From: an uncultured bacterium
GTDB lineage: Bacteria; Krumholzibacteriota; Krumholzibacteriia; Krumholzibacteriales; Krumholzibacteriaceae
DNA length: 63,008 nucleotides
Direction of reading: 5' to 3'
Assembly: GCA_965371515.1 (NCBI GenBank)
Contig: CBDUYR010000012.1
Span: forward strand, 1-63,008
A model generated the notes under the pieces. It had not been told where the DNA came from, made no database searches, and saw nothing but the letters and a program-made list of their open reading frames with translations. Of this stretch, positions 60,820-63,008 are shown one piece after another (positions within the stretch are counted from its first letter, which is position 1; each line of letters starts with the position of its first letter). The position numbers were made by a program, and so were the translations under genes.

Positions 60820-62850
60820 ATGAAACGAAGTGGATCAATCCAGGGTCTGATGTGCCTTGGATTATTCGTCCTGAGTACGGGTGCCGCGCTCGGGCAGTCT
60901 GTTGGTTCCATCGTGGTATGGGGCGATCGGGTCTTTGCGGAACAATCAGCGCTTGATAGTCTCGTGGCGGTCGCCGCGGGCAATGATCACAGCCTTGGTC
61001 TAACGTCCGATGGGAAGATCTTGGCTTGGGGGGACAACGATGTCGGCGAGTGCGATGTCCCTGCACCGAACGGGGGCTTCGTGGCGGTCGATGGGGGCAG
61101 GAATCACAGCCTGGGACTAAAGTCCGATGGGAGGATCGTGGCCTGGGGGGGGGATTTATATATCATGTGCTTGGTCCCGGAGCCGAACGAGGGCTTTGTG
61201 GCGGTCGCCGCGGGCGGTCGTCACAGCCTGGGTCTTAAGTCAGGCGGGACGATCGTGGCATGGGGGGACAACAACGATGGCCAGTGCAGTGTCCCGGAGC
61301 CGAACGAAGGTTTTGTGGCGGTTGCTGCAGGAGAGTGGCACAGCTTGGGCCTTAAATCCAACGGGACGATCGTGTCCTGGGGACGAAACGACTGTGGCCA
61401 GTGCGACGTTCCTGAACCGAACGAGGGTTTTGTAGCAGTCACCGGGGGCGTGTATCACAACCTGGGCCTTAAGACTGACGGGACGATTGTTGCCTGGGGG
61501 AAGAACGACTATGGCCAGTGCGACATTCCTGCGCCGAACGAGGGCTTCGTCGCGGTTACAGGGGGTGACCGACATAGCCTGGGCCTTAAGACCGACGGGA
61601 CGATCGTGGCCTGGGGGTACAACAACTATGGCCAGTGCGACGTCCCTGAGCCGAACGAGGGGTTTGTGGCTGTCGCCGGTGGCTATAAGCACAATCTTGG
61701 GCTAAAGACCGATGGGACGATTGTGACCTGGGGCGACAACGACATCGGCCAGTGCATGATCCCCGCGCTGAACGAGGGCTTCGTGGCGGTAGCAGGAGGT
61801 GAGGATCATAGCCTGGGTGTAAAGTCCGACGGGAAAATCGTGGTCTGGGGAGATAACGACTATGGCCAGTGCGACGTCCCCGTGCCAAACAATGGCTTCG
61901 TGGCGGCCGACGGGGGCGTGAGGCACAGCCTAGGATTAAAGTTCAACGGGAGGATCGTGGCTTGGGGGGACAACACCTATGGCCAGTGCGATGTTCCTGA
62001 ACCGAACGATGATTTCGTGACGCTCGCCTCAACCGGGTGGCACAGCCTGGGTCTGAAGTCCGACGGGACGATTGTGGCCTGGGGGTCCAACGGCTCCGGC
62101 CAGTGCGATGTCCCCGCACCGAACGAAGACTTCGTGGTGATCGCCGGGGGCGGTGCTTACAGTCTTGGTCTAAAGTCCGACGGGACGATCGTGACTTGGG
62201 GTAATACCGGCGGCGTTCCCGCACCGAACGAGGACTTCGTGGCAATCGCCGCGGGCGGGTCTCACTGCCTGGGCCTGAAGACCGATGGGACAATCGTGGC
62301 CTGGGGGTACAACTTCTATGGTCAGTGTGATGTCCCAGCGCCGAACGAAGGGTTCGTGGCGGTCGCCGCGCACGGGTGGCACAACCTGGGTCTAAAGTCC
62401 GATGGAACGATTGTGGCCTGGGGGTACAATTATAACCGCGAGTGCAATGTCCCTGAGCCGAACGAGTACTTCGTGGAGGTCGCCGCGGGCGGGTGGCACA
62501 GCCTGGGTTTAAGAATCTCATCTACAACCGATGTCGAGGAACACGGGCCCGGTGGTCTGCCCGGAGCCGCGATGATCGAGATACTCTCTCTCTCGCCTAA
62601 CCCGTTCAATCCGTCTACTGAGGTTTACTTCGAGACGCGTTTGTTCGGTCAGGTGAGCCTGGAAGTCTATGACGTTAGCGGGAGGCGTGTGAGCACAATC
62701 GACCTTGGGTATGTAGGGCCGGGCCGGCATCGGGCGCAGTGGGACGGACGTGACGGGAGTGGGATCAACTTGGTCTCGGGTGTGTATTTTCTGAGTCTGC
62801 ATGGCATCGCGGGTGATTCCCGGTCGGTGAAGGCGGTTCTGGTCCGCTGA
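60820..62850 (+). CDS. Secreted RCC1/BLIP-II-like repeat protein 2 (paralogue)
   Basis: Same architecture and repeat count as protein 1, with a near-identical signal peptide and C-terminal domain. Confidence 0.92.
   Translation: MKRSGSIQGLMCLGLFVLSTGAALGQSVGSIVVWGDRVFAEQSALDSLVAVAAGNDHSLGLTSDGKILAWGDNDVGECDVPAPNGGFVAVDGGRNHSLGLKSDGRIVAWGGDLYIMCLVPEPNEGFVAVAAGGRHSLGLKSGGTIVAWGDNNDGQCSVPEPNEGFVAVAAGEWHSLGLKSNGTIVSWGRNDCGQCDVPEPNEGFVAVTGGVYHNLGLKTDGTIVAWGKNDYGQCDIPAPNEGFVAVTGGDRHSLGLKTDGTIVAWGYNNYGQCDVPEPNEGFVAVAGGYKHNLGLKTDGTIVTWGDNDIGQCMIPALNEGFVAVAGGEDHSLGVKSDGKIVVWGDNDYGQCDVPVPNNGFVAADGGVRHSLGLKFNGRIVAWGDNTYGQCDVPEPNDDFVTLASTGWHSLGLKSDGTIVAWGSNGSGQCDVPAPNEDFVVIAGGGAYSLGLKSDGTIVTWGNTGGVPAPNEDFVAIAAGGSHCLGLKTDGTIVAWGYNFYGQCDVPAPNEGFVAVAAHGWHNLGLKSDGTIVAWGYNYNRECNVPEPNEYFVEVAAGGWHSLGLRISSTTDVEEHGPGGLPGAAMIEILSLSPNPFNPSTEVYFETRLFGQVSLEVYDVSGRRVSTIDLGYVGPGRHRAQWDGRDGSGINLVSGVYFLSLHGIAGDSRSVKAVLVR
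60985..62510 (+). repeat. Intragenic ~117-bp tandem repeat (RCC1-like blades), gene 2
   Basis: Same repeat unit as in gene 1. Confidence 0.9.
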
Positions 62851-62892
62851 GGCGAAAAAAGAAGATTCTTTAGCTCATAGGGGGCAGGCATC

Positions 62893-63008
62893 ATGAAACG
62901 AAGTGGATCAATCCTGGGCTTGATGTGCCTTGGTTTAATTGTCCTGAGTACGAGCGCCGCGCTCGGACAGTCTGTTGGTTCTATCGTGGAATGGGGCGAT
63001 CGGGTCGT
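62893..63008 (+). CDS. Third paralogue of the RCC1/BLIP-II-like protein, 5' end only (truncated by the window edge)
   Basis: MKRSGSILGLMCLGLIVLSTSAALGQSVGSIVEWGDRV matches the N-termini of the previous two genes. Confidence 0.88.
   Translation, partial: MKRSGSILGLMCLGLIVLSTSAALGQSVGSIVEWGDRV

Noticed and set aside
58905..62510. 117-bp repeats as a CRISPR array or DGR TR/VR pair
   Set aside because: The repeats are in-frame coding units with synonymous variation and no repeat-spacer alternation. No cas or RT genes are present, and the differences are not adenine-specific.

Overview
GC-rich bacterial chromosome segment from an anaerobe, probably FCB-group. That placement is inferred from several secreted proteins with FlgD/T9SS-like C-terminal sorting domains and a PorV-like barrel. 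Left to right: a truncated secreted protein, tRNA-Thr, an S9 peptidase, and an operon of korDABC, malic enzyme, a homoisocitrate/isocitrate-type dehydrogenase and two LeuCD/homoaconitase-type hydro-lyases. Next come an S41-like/FGE-like lipoprotein, a glutaredoxin + ferredoxin:thioredoxin reductase pair and PFOR. A 14-kb five-gene operon follows: a 2,700-aa secreted repeat protein, a PorV-like barrel with TPR tail, a HAMP-PP2C phosphatase, an RsbW-STAS fusion and a GAF histidine kinase. After it lie an orphan citF-like gene, acs, glmM-glmS-ridA, tRNA-Sec, lepB, CIRCE-hrcA-grpE-dnaK-dnaJ-rsmE, yqeY-cvpA-mutS2-cupin-dnaG-rpoD and tRNA(CAT). The window ends in a tandem array of secreted double beta-propeller genes (one FG-GAP, at least three BLIP-II/RCC1-like) whose binding loops are hypervariable. 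The three most interesting candidates are (1) the putative trans-envelope partner-switching system at 18.9-33.0 kb, (2) the variable BLIP-II-like propeller array at 58.7 kb onward, and (3) the 2-oxoacid operon with fungal-type homocitrate-pathway signatures but no synthase. All calls come from reading motifs by eye; no database searches were run.
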